Below the pieces are notes generated by a model, which was given only the letters and a program-made list of their open reading frames with translations, was not told the DNA's origin and did not search any database. A stretch of 64,000 nt of DNA from positions 8,885 to 72,884 of the forward strand of contig JAZRKX010000038.1 of assembly GCA_045646525.1 (NCBI GenBank), written 5' to 3'. Both the position numbers and the translations under genes were made by a program. This DNA comes from Clostridia bacterium. GTDB lineage: Bacteria > Bacillota > Clostridia > UMGS1810. Of this stretch, positions 38,774 through 49,125 are shown one piece after another; positions within the stretch are counted from its first letter, which is position 1, and every line of letters starts with the position of its first letter.

Positions 38774-39156
38774 TATTTAAAATAGTTGTTTTTGCTATAG
38801 CTGTCTGCCTTGTTGCCGTAATCCTCAAGGAGAATTTCAAGTCGGGCGCAGTTGTGCTTACTGTGTGCGGATGCCTTGCACTGTTTTTGTTTTTTGCGCA
38901 GGTTTTCGCCTCTGTAAAGGACAGCCTGGACATTCTGGACGAAGTAAGCGGTATAAATGCCGATGCAGTGTCCATTATTTTCAAAACACTCATGGTGGCA
39001 TATCTTACAAGCTTTGGAAGTGACATATGCACCGACGCGGGTGAAAAGGCAATAGCCAATGCACTTGAAACCGCAGGCAAGGCAATAATGTTATCTATGG
39101 CGCTCCCTATGCTTGTGGGGATTTTTAAATCGGTAAGGGATATAATCGGAGGATAA
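38770..39156 (+). CDS. spoIIIAD: stage III sporulation protein AD
   Basis: 128-aa polytopic protein. Position and size match SpoIIIAD. Confidence 0.85.
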   Translation: MIFKIVVFAIAVCLVAVILKENFKSGAVVLTVCGCLALFLFFAQVFASVKDSLDILDEVSGINADAVSIIFKTLMVAYLTSFGSDICTDAGEKAIANALETAGKAIMLSMALPMLVGIFKSVRDIIGG

Positions 39157-39157
39157 T

Positions 39158-40237
39158 GTGCGTTATATATTTTGTGTGCTTATTGCTTTAATTTGTTTCA
39201 TGCCTGCGCGCTCTTTTGCATATGAGTATTCTGATGAAAGCTTTTCCTATACATGCGAAGCCTTTAGAGAAGTTGCGGGCTTTTCGGATTTCGGAAGCTT
39301 TGTTTCCAGCGTTGTAAAAGGAGATAATCCTCTGCCCGATGGCATACTACAAAAAATAGTATCTCTGGTTATAGGCGATGTGAAATCTGTTTTGAGTTAT
39401 ATACTCTCTGTACTTGGTTTTGTCATATTGTCATCGTGCATCAAAGGCTCTCAGATAAAGCTTGGCGAGGGCGTGTCGGAGATAGCCTTCCTCATATGCT
39501 ATTTTGTAATCTCTACCTTTTTGATAGGAATTCTTCATAAGAGCGTGGGCATAGCCCTTAAAGCAGCCGAGGAAATCGTGGTGTTCATACGGATGTCTCT
39601 ACCTGCATATATTGGTATAATATCATCAACAGGTACAAACGCATCTGCCATGCAGGGTGTGTTTCTTATGATGGTAAATGCGGTTTCGCAGTATGCGGGA
39701 AATTTCATGATAAATTCTTTTTTCTATATAGGTGTACTTACCATTGTGAGCAATATGTCTTCGAGAATACAGATTATGAAGCTCATACATATAGCAAGAC
39801 AGGTGCTTTTGTGGGCTTTGGGATTCATCCTTACCGTGTTTGCTGGCATGACATCGCTCTCAGGACTTGCGGTATCCTCTTCGTCAGCCACGGGTATCCG
39901 TGCCGCCAAGTATACAATAGGTCATGCCATACCCGTTGTGGGAGGCTTTCTGGCAGATTCTACAGAGCTTATTTTGGCATCTGCAAAGATTTTCAAAAAT
40001 GCCTTGGGAACAGCGGGGATTATTGCACTTGCTATTCTTTGCCTTGTGCCTGTATTGAAACTTTTTGCGGTAGGGTTTACTCTCAAGATAACGGCAGGTC
40101 TTACCGAGCCGTTTTGCGATAAGCTAATGTCAGACAGTATCTATGCTGTGGGACAGACAGTGGTATATATTATGGTCTCTGTGCTTCTTATGACGTTTAT
40201 GTTTATATTCGCTTTTGCCGTACTTATAACTTTATAG
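39158..40237 (+). CDS. spoIIIAE: stage III sporulation protein AE
   Basis: 359 aa with a signal sequence and about 7 TM segments. Fifth position in the operon. Confidence 0.85.
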   Translation: MRYIFCVLIALICFMPARSFAYEYSDESFSYTCEAFREVAGFSDFGSFVSSVVKGDNPLPDGILQKIVSLVIGDVKSVLSYILSVLGFVILSSCIKGSQIKLGEGVSEIAFLICYFVISTFLIGILHKSVGIALKAAEEIVVFIRMSLPAYIGIISSTGTNASAMQGVFLMMVNAVSQYAGNFMINSFFYIGVLTIVSNMSSRIQIMKLIHIARQVLLWALGFILTVFAGMTSLSGLAVSSSSATGIRAAKYTIGHAIPVVGGFLADSTELILASAKIFKNALGTAGIIALAILCLVPVLKLFAVGFTLKITAGLTEPFCDKLMSDSIYAVGQTVVYIMVSVLLMTFMFIFAFAVLITL

Positions 40238-40247
40238 TGGTGTATAT

Positions 40248-40691
40248 ATGAGAGAATATGTTATTTCTATATGTTTTGCCGTCATTCTATGTGCGGCAGC
40301 CGATATGCTTGTACCATCCAAAAAATACAGCGGTATAATAAAAATTGTATGCGGAATGTTTGTAATTTCAAGCATAGTTTCGCCCATAGGAGAAATTATA
40401 AAATTCGATTTTGATTCTTTCAATTCGGATATGTTTTTAAAGGATGATTCGCATTTTTTCGATACAATAAATAAAAGCCGCGAAAAGTATACACAGCATC
40501 TTACCGAAAACAGCCATGTCATTGTGGAATCCGAGGTGGGAAGAGATATATCCGATATCGCGGGAGAATATATCAAGGTAGAGCTAAACGAAAACGAACT
40601 CATATTGTACGGAGTAAGCATGTCAAAAAGAGAAGAAATATCAGAGTATGTAAAAAGAAATTACGGTCTGGATACATCTTACGGGGATTGA
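40248..40691 (+). CDS. spoIIIAF: stage III sporulation protein AF
   Basis: 147 aa. MREYVISICFAVILCAAADMLVPS... is typical of SpoIIIAF. Confidence 0.8.
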   Translation: MREYVISICFAVILCAAADMLVPSKKYSGIIKIVCGMFVISSIVSPIGEIIKFDFDSFNSDMFLKDDSHFFDTINKSREKYTQHLTENSHVIVESEVGRDISDIAGEYIKVELNENELILYGVSMSKREEISEYVKRNYGLDTSYGD

Positions 40692-41206
40692 GGTGGAGGA
40701 TGAAGCATAAGATATTAAAAAGGGTAAAGCCTACTTACCTTGCAATAGCAATGGCAGCGGGAATTGCACTTATGGTGCTTTCAAACACATTTACACCTCA
40801 CGATAAAGAGGAGACGCCCGCCGAAGTTATACAGGAAGATGTGTATAATACCGATGCCGAAAGCAAGCTTAAACAAATCATAGAAAGTATAGACGGGGTA
40901 AGCAATGTCAAGGTTTTTATAACCTACGAAAATAAAGGTGTTAAAAAGATAGCTTCCGTAGGGGATAACTCTTCCTCGGACGACGGAAACAAAAAAACAG
41001 ACACAATTTCAAGACGGGAGGTTACTGTAAAGAACACATCGGGCGAAAGTCCATTTGTAGATGAGGAAATTCTGCCTCAGGTACGAGGCGTAATAATAGC
41101 GGCAGACGGGCTTGAAAATAAGACTTTGGCTGCCGAGATAACCGATGCTGTATCTGCGGTTCTGGGAGTGTCTGTGAATAGGGTAAAGATACTTTCAGGT
41201 ACATAA
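40688..41206 (+). CDS. spoIIIAG: stage III sporulation protein AG
   Basis: TM anchor plus a C-terminal ring-building motif region (VRGVIIAADG...VSAVLGVSVNRVKI). Confidence 0.85.
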   Translation: MRWRMKHKILKRVKPTYLAIAMAAGIALMVLSNTFTPHDKEETPAEVIQEDVYNTDAESKLKQIIESIDGVSNVKVFITYENKGVKKIASVGDNSSSDDGNKKTDTISRREVTVKNTSGESPFVDEEILPQVRGVIIAADGLENKTLAAEITDAVSAVLGVSVNRVKILSGT

Positions 41207-41234
41207 TCAATATACAATTAAGGAGAGGTATACA

Positions 41235-41774
41235 ATGTTTATGGTATTTAAGAAAAAGCAAATGGTAATGACAGCTCTGGTGCTTATGCTTGGTATTGCG
41301 GGGTATCTGAATTATCGCTACGATGTTCCCGAAAATGCCGGGACGTCGGTGGCGGAAAACACTTTAGAGCAAGAGCCCGGTATAGGCGAGACCGTAATGG
41401 TAAGCACAAAGCCTGAGAAAACTGAAAAAGAAGATGATTTTCTTGCGGTAAAACGCTTGGAAAGAGATAAGGCCAGAGCACAGATATGCGACGAGCTCAA
41501 AAGCACTCTGGAAAACGACAGTATATCTCAGGAGTTAAGGCAGAAAACCGAGGATAAGCTTTCCTCTGTTCTGGATTGTCAGGAGAAGGAAGCAACTGCA
41601 CAAAATCTGCTTTCTGCAAAGGGGTTTGAAAAGACTCTTGTGTACATAACAGACGAAAGTGTAACAGTAAACATAAAAAGAGACGGACTTAGCAGAAGCG
41701 ATACTGCAAAGATAGTGGATATAATTTATGAACTTACTCAAAATAATAATATAAAAATAGTTGAAGTCGAGTAA
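41235..41774 (+). CDS. spoIIIAH: stage III sporulation protein AH
   Basis: TM anchor, then a charged linker, then a C-terminal domain. Last position in the operon. Confidence 0.8.
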   Translation: MFMVFKKKQMVMTALVLMLGIAGYLNYRYDVPENAGTSVAENTLEQEPGIGETVMVSTKPEKTEKEDDFLAVKRLERDKARAQICDELKSTLENDSISQELRQKTEDKLSSVLDCQEKEATAQNLLSAKGFEKTLVYITDESVTVNIKRDGLSRSDTAKIVDIIYELTQNNNIKIVEVE

Positions 41775-41834
41775 AATTTGTGTTATACTAATGCCAAGGT
41801 AGTAGTGTACCGTATTGTTTTAGGAGGAATTTCT

Positions 41835-42227
41835 ATGAGTGAAACCAAAGAATTCAGCAATATCAAAATATCCGATGAAGTTATCGAAACAATAGCGTCT
41901 GTAGCAGTTGCCAATGTTGAGGGCGTTTGCAGTACAGGCTTCGGTTTTGTAGACGGTATCGCAAGAAGACTATCCAAGAAACCCTCTACATCAGGTATTA
42001 AGGCAAACATGGGCGAGGGCACAACAAATGTGGATGTAAATATTGTAGTAAAATACGGCGCCAGAATTCCCGAGGTTGCATGGAATGTACAGGATGCCGT
42101 AAAGAAAGAAATAGAGCTTATGACAGGACTTACCGTAGAAAAGGTAAATGTTCGGGTTGTGGGAATAGAAATTCCCGAAGAGAAAAAAGACGAGGACACA
42201 GACAATACAACAGACGAAAACGAGTAA
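41835..42227 (+). CDS. Asp23/Gls24 family envelope stress protein
   Basis: Track ORF 41778..42227. The ATG at 41835 follows AGGAGG. IKISDEVIETIASVAVANVEGV is the Asp23 N-terminal signature. Confidence 0.85.
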   Translation: MSETKEFSNIKISDEVIETIASVAVANVEGVCSTGFGFVDGIARRLSKKPSTSGIKANMGEGTTNVDVNIVVKYGARIPEVAWNVQDAVKKEIELMTGLTVEKVNVRVVGIEIPEEKKDEDTDNTTDENE

Positions 42228-42233
42228 ACACCA

Positions 42234-42267
42234 AGGTCCCGTTGTGCCTAAGCGGGACCTTTTTTTA
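42234..42267 (+). terminator. terminator/attenuator-like hairpin before nusB
   Basis: AGGTCCCG-N11-CGGGACCT followed by T7. Confidence 0.7.
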
Positions 42268-42286
42268 CTGTGTTTGGAGGACTAAT

Positions 42287-42694
42287 ATGAGCAGAAAAGC
42301 CGCGCGCGAGAGCGCATTCAAAATTATATATCAGGTGCCGTTCCACGAAAACAGCGATGTAAATCTCACATTGGAGAACTTTGCATTTTCGGAGGAATAT
42401 TCGCTTCTTACAAAACAGGATATCAAGTATATAGATGCTTGTGTAAACGGATGCTATAATAACCTTGAAAGTATAGATTCCAAAATAAGCTCATCGCTTA
42501 AGAACTGGACTATAGAAAGACTTTCCAAGGTCAATCTTGCCATTTTGCGCCTGTCCGTAAGCGAGATGGAATATGCCGATGTGCCTTATCAGGTATCTAT
42601 AAATGAGGCAGTAGAACTTGCCAAAAAGTATAGTGATGACGAAGCACCCTCGTTTGTAAACGGAGTGCTTGCAGATATTAAAAAGGTGCGTTAG
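42287..42694 (+). CDS. nusB: transcription antitermination factor NusB
   Basis: Track ORF 42080..42694. The in-frame ATG at 42287 gives MSRKAARESAFKIIYQ. The C-terminus is NEAVELAKKY....FVNGVL. Confidence 0.9.
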   Translation: MSRKAARESAFKIIYQVPFHENSDVNLTLENFAFSEEYSLLTKQDIKYIDACVNGCYNNLESIDSKISSSLKNWTIERLSKVNLAILRLSVSEMEYADVPYQVSINEAVELAKKYSDDEAPSFVNGVLADIKKVR

Positions 42695-42706
42695 GAAAGT
42701 GATTAA

Positions 42707-43921
42707 ATGCGTATTGCTACCGTTAGCGAGGTAAATAGTTATATAAAGCGCAAGATAGATTCGGATGCAAAGTTGCAGGTCCTTTGTGTCCGCGGTGAAA
42801 TTTCCAATTTCAAGCATCACTATTCGGGGCATATGTATATGTCTTTAAAGGACAGCACATCCTCTATCAAGGCGGTTATGTTCCGCCAGAGTGCATCATC
42901 CCTCAAGTTCGTACCCAAAGACGGTATGAGCGTGCTTGCTGTTGGCAGGATAAGCGTATTTGAAAGAGACGGGGCATATCAGCTCTATATAGATACACTT
43001 GTTCCCGATGGAGTAGGTGCTCTTTATGCTGCATATGAGCAGCTTAAAGATGAGCTTAAGGCAGGCGGATATTTTGACGAGTCTCACAAAAAGCCGATAC
43101 CGCAGTTTCCCAAGGTTATAGGTGTGGTTACAGCATCTACGGGAGCGGCGGTAAGAGATATAATAAATGTAATAAAGCGCAGATATCCCATATGCGATAT
43201 AAAGATATATCCCACGCTTGTGCAGGGAGTAGGTGCGGGAGCATCCATCTGCGAGGCAATAGAGTATTTCAATGCAAATACCGATGCGGATGTCCTCATA
43301 GTAGGCAGAGGCGGAGGCTCAATAGAGGATTTGTGGGCATTCAATGAACGAGAGGTTGCACTTTGTGTATACAACTCGCGTATACCTGTAATTTCGGCGG
43401 TAGGGCACGAGACGGACTATACGATTATAGATTTCGTATCCGATTTGCGTGCACCCACACCGTCTGCTGCGGCAGAGCTTGCCACACCCGATATCACAAA
43501 GCTTCGGACTTTCCTTATGGAATCCAAGCCACGTATGGTACGTGCGCTCTCATCGCTTGTGTCGTCCAAGAGACGCCAGCTTGAAGTGTGCATGGCATCA
43601 TCGGTAATGAAAAATCCGGGATATATGATAGATGTAAAAGCGCAGATGCTCGATGGCGCTGTAAAGGATTTAAAAAACGCATATGAAAAGAATATAGAAA
43701 GCCGATTGGCAAAACTTAGGGAATTTTCCTACAAGCTTACTGCGTTAAATCCTGTGGCAACACTTTCAAGAGGCTTTGCCAAGGTTACAAATGCAGGCGC
43801 TCTTGTAAAGAGCATTTCCGATGTAAAACCAAATGATGAGATATCGGTAACAGTTGCCGACGGCGATATAAATTGTATGGTTATGGAGGTAAAACATGGC
43901 AGAGAAAAAGAAAACCTTTGA
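42707..43921 (+). CDS. xseA: exodeoxyribonuclease VII large subunit
   Basis: VSEVNSYIK...GEISNFK.H.SGH.Y..LKD (OB fold) and IVGRGGGSIEDLW.FN motifs. Confidence 0.92.
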   Translation: MRIATVSEVNSYIKRKIDSDAKLQVLCVRGEISNFKHHYSGHMYMSLKDSTSSIKAVMFRQSASSLKFVPKDGMSVLAVGRISVFERDGAYQLYIDTLVPDGVGALYAAYEQLKDELKAGGYFDESHKKPIPQFPKVIGVVTASTGAAVRDIINVIKRRYPICDIKIYPTLVQGVGAGASICEAIEYFNANTDADVLIVGRGGGSIEDLWAFNEREVALCVYNSRIPVISAVGHETDYTIIDFVSDLRAPTPSAAAELATPDITKLRTFLMESKPRMVRALSSLVSSKRRQLEVCMASSVMKNPGYMIDVKAQMLDGAVKDLKNAYEKNIESRLAKLREFSYKLTALNPVATLSRGFAKVTNAGALVKSISDVKPNDEISVTVADGDINCMVMEVKHGREKENL

Positions 43922-44123
43922 AGAAAATCTCGCACAGCTTGAAAAGCTTATCTCCGAGCTTGAAAGCGGAGATGCACCGCTTGATAAGTGCATAAGCATG
44001 TTTGAAGACGGTGTTAAACTCTCTGACGAATGTATAAAAATGATAGATAACGCACAGCAAAAGATAACACTTTTAACTCAAAAAGGAGAGGCAGAGTATA
44101 CTGCCGAGGGCGAAAATGAATGA
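43896..44123 (+). CDS. xseB: exodeoxyribonuclease VII small subunit
   Basis: 75 aa. TFEENLAQLEKLISELESGDAPLD....FEDGVKL. Confidence 0.9.
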   Translation: MAEKKKTFEENLAQLEKLISELESGDAPLDKCISMFEDGVKLSDECIKMIDNAQQKITLLTQKGEAEYTAEGENE

Positions 44124-44967
44124 TTTTTATAAAGAATACGAAAAAAGGATAGAAGAAATCGATACATACATGCACACCTGTCTTAAAAGGTACGAGGATT
44201 GCGAGGATGTTCTCTCAGACTCCATGAACTATGCGGTATTTAACGGCGGCAAGAGAATTCGCTCGATTTTGTGCATGGAAACAGCCAAAATGCTTACAGG
44301 AAGAAACGACAAGGCACTCCCGTTTTCAGCGGCTATAGAGATGATACATGCATTTTCTCTCGTACATGACGATTTGCCCTGTATGGATAATGCCGATTTC
44401 AGACGCGGACTTCCCAGTTGCCACAAAAAGTACGGCGAAGCCATAGCGCTTCTTGCCGGCGATGCGCTTTTAAATACTGCTTTTGAAATAATGACAGATG
44501 AGTGTCTTAAAGGCGGCGATGCAAGTATTAAGGCAATGGCATCCGTGGGCAGAGCCGCAGGTGTACACGGCATGATAAACGGACAGATAAGAGATATAGA
44601 GCTTATGGCATCCGAGGATGCTACCGAGGAAAAGCTTCTTCGCCTTATAGAGCAAAAGACCATGGCACTTATGATTACAAGCGTAGAGGCAGCGGCTCTG
44701 GTGTCCGATGCGGATAAGCAAACACTTTGCGACCTTAAGGAATTTGCATACAATCTGGGCATAGCATTCCAAATTCGCGATGATTTCGAGGACGAGGAAG
44801 AGGACAAGGCAGACTCCCAGAACAGTCCGAATTTTATAAATACTCTCGGACGGGATAATGCCAAAGCTAAACTTGATGCCTACGCAAATAAAGCAAAGGA
44901 GATAATAGAAAAGTATCCCCGCAATGAATTCATAAAAGATCTTCTTGATTTTCTGTTTGCCGAATAA
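44116..44967 (+). CDS. ispA: polyprenyl (farnesyl/geranylgeranyl) diphosphate synthase
   Basis: FARM motif LVHDDLPCMDN and SARM motif FQIRDDFED. Confidence 0.88.
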   Translation: MNDFYKEYEKRIEEIDTYMHTCLKRYEDCEDVLSDSMNYAVFNGGKRIRSILCMETAKMLTGRNDKALPFSAAIEMIHAFSLVHDDLPCMDNADFRRGLPSCHKKYGEAIALLAGDALLNTAFEIMTDECLKGGDASIKAMASVGRAAGVHGMINGQIRDIELMASEDATEEKLLRLIEQKTMALMITSVEAAALVSDADKQTLCDLKEFAYNLGIAFQIRDDFEDEEEDKADSQNSPNFINTLGRDNAKAKLDAYANKAKEIIEKYPRNEFIKDLLDFLFAE

Positions 44968-44996
44968 TCTCAAGCATATGTTAAAGGACGGATAAA

Positions 44997-46841
44997 ATGT
45001 CTTTACTTAAGAAAATTCAATCCCCAAACGATATCAAAGGTTTGAGTGAAAATCAGCTCAAACAGCTTTCGCAGGAAATACGCAGTTTTCTTATAGAAAA
45101 TGTTTTAAACTGCGGGGGTCATCTTGCGTCCAACCTCGGAGTGGTTGAGCTTATTTTGGCCATACTGAAAACCTTTGATTTCCCAAAAGACAAAATAATT
45201 TTCGATGTAGGTCATCAGTGCTATGTGTACAAAATGCTCACAGGCAGACTCGATGGCTTTTCGGCGTTACGTCACCTTGGAGGTATTTCAGGATTTCCGC
45301 GGACATCAGAGAGTGAGTATGACTTTTTCGATGTGGGACATGCGGGTACATCCGTATCTGCTGCAGTAGGCATGGCAAGAGCGAGGGATTTACTCGTCTC
45401 GGATGAGCACATTATAGCCTTTGTGGGCGATGGCGCTCTCTCATGCGGAATGAACTTTGAAGCATTAAATGATGTAGGACTTAATAAGACCAAAATAATA
45501 ATAGTACTAAATGATAACGAAATGTCTATAGACAAAAATGTTGGCGGACTTTCATCACATCTTTCCAAATTAAGATTTGCACCCAAGTATATAAGTACAA
45601 AAAGCAGTGTGCAAAAAGCTCTTGACAAATTCGGCAAGGTGGGTAAAGGCATAGGCAAGGGTATACATTCTTTTAAAGATAAGCTTAAGTATGCCGCCAT
45701 TGCACAGCCCCTTTTTGAACAGCTCGGCATTTCGTATATGGGCATCATAGACGGAAATGACTGCATGGAAGTAGCCAAAGCTTTGGAAAGAGCCAAAACT
45801 GCAGACGGCCCCGTAATTATACACACCTTTACCAAAAAGGGAATGGGCTACGAAAAGGCGGAGACCGACCCGAGCAAATTCCATGGCGTGAGCAGTTATA
45901 CCTCAAGACTTTCGCCCAAGGATATAAGCTATGACGATGTGTTTTCCGAGGTTATTAAAAACCTTGCAAAAGCAAACGAAAAGATAGTTGCAATCACCGC
46001 AGCTATGGCTTCGGGCTGCGGACTTTTGGAATTTTCCCGAGAGTTTCCCCAAAGGTTTTTCGATGTAGGTATTGCCGAAGAGCACGCCGTTACTATGGCG
46101 GCAGGCTTGGCAAAGGGCGGTTGTACACCTGTTGTGTGCCTGTACTCAACATTTTTGCAGAGGGCATATGACCAGATGATACACGATGTTTGCCTGCAAA
46201 ATCTTCATGTTGTATTTGCAATAGGACATGCAGGTCTTACAGGAGAAGACGGCGAGACCCATCAGGGACTTCTGGATTTATCCATGACAACCCATATGCC
46301 GAATATGACGGTTCTTTGTCCGTCCAGCTACGATGAATTAAAATGCATGATTGAATATGCAGTAAATGAATGCAAAGGACCTGTTATGGTGCGCTATCCC
46401 AAGTGCTCGGTGTCCTTTAGAAAATCAGATAATCTCTCTGCCGCAATTCCCGAAAAGGTTGCAGACGGGAGCGATGTTCTTATTCTTTCATGCGGAAGAA
46501 TGCTCGAAACGGCTCTCGAAGCATCGGAAATGTTAAAAGACAGGTCGATAAGCTGCAAAGTTTTAAATGTACGCTGTGTTAAGCCTGTAAATACCGAGCT
46601 CATTAAATCGGAGCTTAAAGAAAAAATGCTTCTTGTTACCATAGAAGACAATATAAAGGCAGGCGGAATGGGACAGTATATTGCATCATGTCTCGGACAT
46701 GGCACAGATACGCTTAATCTGGGCTTTGATACCTGCTTTGTGCCTCATGGGAAACAACAGGAGCTATTCAAATTAAACTCTTTGGACAGTAAGTCCGTAG
46801 CAGATACAATAGAGAAATTTTATAAAGGACGGATTAAATGA
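44997..46841 (+). CDS. dxs: 1-deoxy-D-xylulose-5-phosphate synthase
   Basis: GGHLASNLGVVEL, DVGHQCY.YK.LTGR, GDGAL..GM..EALN and IAEEHAVT motifs. Confidence 0.95.
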   Translation: MSLLKKIQSPNDIKGLSENQLKQLSQEIRSFLIENVLNCGGHLASNLGVVELILAILKTFDFPKDKIIFDVGHQCYVYKMLTGRLDGFSALRHLGGISGFPRTSESEYDFFDVGHAGTSVSAAVGMARARDLLVSDEHIIAFVGDGALSCGMNFEALNDVGLNKTKIIIVLNDNEMSIDKNVGGLSSHLSKLRFAPKYISTKSSVQKALDKFGKVGKGIGKGIHSFKDKLKYAAIAQPLFEQLGISYMGIIDGNDCMEVAKALERAKTADGPVIIHTFTKKGMGYEKAETDPSKFHGVSSYTSRLSPKDISYDDVFSEVIKNLAKANEKIVAITAAMASGCGLLEFSREFPQRFFDVGIAEEHAVTMAAGLAKGGCTPVVCLYSTFLQRAYDQMIHDVCLQNLHVVFAIGHAGLTGEDGETHQGLLDLSMTTHMPNMTVLCPSSYDELKCMIEYAVNECKGPVMVRYPKCSVSFRKSDNLSAAIPEKVADGSDVLILSCGRMLETALEASEMLKDRSISCKVLNVRCVKPVNTELIKSELKEKMLLVTIEDNIKAGGMGQYIASCLGHGTDTLNLGFDTCFVPHGKQQELFKLNSLDSKSVADTIEKFYKGRIK

Positions 46842-47635
46842 CAGGACGGTTGGATGTAGAACTTGTAAACCGCGGACTTGTTGAAAGCCGCGAAAAAGGC
46901 AGGGCGCTCATAATGGCGGGCGCTGTGTATATAGACGGTCAAAAGGCATTTAAGGCAGGAGACAAGGTAAAAGAGGGCATGAACATAGAGGTGCGTTCTG
47001 CTGGTATGCCGTATGTAAGCAGGGGCGGTTACAAGCTGGAAAAATCGCTTAAAGTATTCCCCTTAAATCTTGAAGGCAGAGTGTGTGCGGATATAGGCGC
47101 ATCCACAGGCGGATTTACGGATTGTATGCTTCAAAACGGTGCGTCAAAGGTTTATGCCATAGATGTAGGCTACGGTCAGCTTGCATGGAAACTCCGAAGC
47201 GATGACAGAGTGGTAAACCTTGAGCGTACAAATATCCGTTATCTTGATTTTTCCGTTATAAGCGATAATATAGATTTTATATCTATAGATGTTTCTTTTA
47301 TATCGCTGAAGCTTGTGCTTCCGGTTGCATACGAACTTCTTGGTGAGGGAGGGGAGCTTGTTGCTCTTATAAAGCCTCAGTTTGAAGCAGGCAGAGAGGA
47401 AGTGGGCAAAAAAGGTGTGGTACGAGATGCCAATGTTCACAGAAGTGTTATAGAGGTTGTGTCGGAATTTGCTCACAGCACGGGATTTTCGCTCAAAGGA
47501 TTGGATTTTTCACCTATAAAGGGCCCCGAAGGAAATATAGAATATCTTCTGTATCTTTCAAAGGACGGACAAAATACGGACTTTGATGACAGTGTAAGTA
47601 TAGATAAAGTGGTATCTGAATCACACGAAATGTAG
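46838..47635 (+). CDS. tlyA: TlyA-family rRNA (cytidine-2'-O)-methyltransferase
   Basis: N-terminal S4 domain (RLDVELVNRGLVESREKGRALI..G.V), VSRGGYKL and the DIGASTGGFTD SAM motif. Confidence 0.88.
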   Translation: MTGRLDVELVNRGLVESREKGRALIMAGAVYIDGQKAFKAGDKVKEGMNIEVRSAGMPYVSRGGYKLEKSLKVFPLNLEGRVCADIGASTGGFTDCMLQNGASKVYAIDVGYGQLAWKLRSDDRVVNLERTNIRYLDFSVISDNIDFISIDVSFISLKLVLPVAYELLGEGGELVALIKPQFEAGREEVGKKGVVRDANVHRSVIEVVSEFAHSTGFSLKGLDFSPIKGPEGNIEYLLYLSKDGQNTDFDDSVSIDKVVSESHEM

Positions 47636-47644
47636 GAGACGGTC

Positions 47645-48352
47645 ATGCCTGACAATAACGAAACCAAAAAAGTAAATATTCATAGCGGACACAGGGAGCG
47701 TATGAGAAAGAAGCTCTTAAAACATGGTATAGGTGCATTTGAAGACCATGAAATATTAGAGTTTTTGCTCTTTTATGTAAATAAGCAAAAGGATACAAAT
47801 CCCATAGGACACAAGCTTATAGATAAGTTCAGAACTCTTGAAGCAGTGTTTGGCGCTACATTCGACGAGCTTTGCAAGGTGGACGGAATAAGCGAGGCGG
47901 GAGCGGCACTTATTATGCTTGTAGGCGCTCTCCCGAACAGATTGAGCGTAAATAACGCCAAGCAAAAGGCGCACCTTGGAAGTCACAAAGCTGCGGGTGA
48001 GTTTTGTGCGCAGTTCTTCAAAGGGCTCGACTACGAGAAGATGATTGTTGTGAGTGTAAATTCCGCACGCGAGGTTCTTGCCGTGGACGAGGTAAGCACA
48101 GGCACAAGCAATGCGACCAGCGTAGATATAAGGAAGATATTAGAGATTGCTCTGCTTCGCAAAGCCACAGGTATAATACTTGCACACAATCACCCCGGAG
48201 ACAGTCCGCATCCCTCTGCAGGCGATACGGCGGTAACCACCAGAATTATAACTGTTTTAGAGGGTATAAACATATCGGTTATAGACCATATCATATGCAG
48301 CGATGATTCGTACAGCAGTATGTCCGAGAGAGGACTTTTGGATGTGCTGTAA
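47645..48352 (+). CDS. radC: RadC-like JAB domain protein
   Basis: GHRERMRKK.., helix-hairpin-helix region, and the HNHPGDSPHPSAGD JAMM motif. Confidence 0.88.
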   Translation: MPDNNETKKVNIHSGHRERMRKKLLKHGIGAFEDHEILEFLLFYVNKQKDTNPIGHKLIDKFRTLEAVFGATFDELCKVDGISEAGAALIMLVGALPNRLSVNNAKQKAHLGSHKAAGEFCAQFFKGLDYEKMIVVSVNSAREVLAVDEVSTGTSNATSVDIRKILEIALLRKATGIILAHNHPGDSPHPSAGDTAVTTRIITVLEGINISVIDHIICSDDSYSSMSERGLLDVL

Positions 48353-48429
48353 TCCAAAATCGGTTTTTGTTGACAATTATAAAAGAAAAATGTATAATTA
48401 TGATACTACATAAGATGGAGAGGTATACT

Positions 48430-49068
48430 ATGGAACTTTCGGAAATCAAAAGCAGAGTTTTTGGTTACAGCAAAAAAAGCGTGTGCCAGTATATAAGTGA
48501 ATTAAACACCCTGCACGAAGCAGAAATCGAAGCTCAGAAGGATAAGTCTGACAAGAGAGCGGAGAACTACAATTCGCAGATTAAAAATCTGTCGGATACC
48601 AATGCAGGTCTTAATAAGGAGCTTACTGCTCTGAAGGACGAGTTGGAAAGTTTAAGAGCCCGCGTGGCAGAGCTTGAGGAGATAAACTCTTCCATTACGG
48701 AGAGCTACGATGCACTTTCCAAAGAAACAGAGGATTTAAGAAATAAGAGCGATGTTATAAGCACCGCTATTATCAACGCAGAAAAGTGCGCTTCTTCTAT
48801 GCTTAGTGAAGCAAACACCCGCGCCCAGGATATGATAGACGAAGCACATACCAAGGTGGAGGACGAGGTTAAGCGTCTGGAAACTGCCAAGAAGTACATA
48901 ACCGAGGTAAGAGGTGCGGTAGAGCATACATTAAAGAAGATAGATGCAGAACTTGGCGATATAGAAAAGGATATATCCTTTAAAACCCAGAGCGTGACCG
49001 AAGATAAAAAATCCACAGTTAAAGAAAAATTCGGAATGCTTGATAAGACATTTTTCAAAAGAGCATAA
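48430..49068 (+). CDS. DivIVA-domain-like coiled-coil protein
   Basis: Track ORF 48367..49068. The ATG at 48430 follows GGAGAGG. The N-terminus F.GYSKKSV.QYISEL resembles the DivIVA/GpsB N-terminal motif and is followed by a long coiled coil. Confidence 0.5.
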   Translation: MELSEIKSRVFGYSKKSVCQYISELNTLHEAEIEAQKDKSDKRAENYNSQIKNLSDTNAGLNKELTALKDELESLRARVAELEEINSSITESYDALSKETEDLRNKSDVISTAIINAEKCASSMLSEANTRAQDMIDEAHTKVEDEVKRLETAKKYITEVRGAVEHTLKKIDAELGDIEKDISFKTQSVTEDKKSTVKEKFGMLDKTFFKRA

Positions 49069-49125
49069 CAGATTGCCCCTTTGTCATATTGTGACAAAGG
49101 GGCAGTATTAAAAAGGAGGATTACT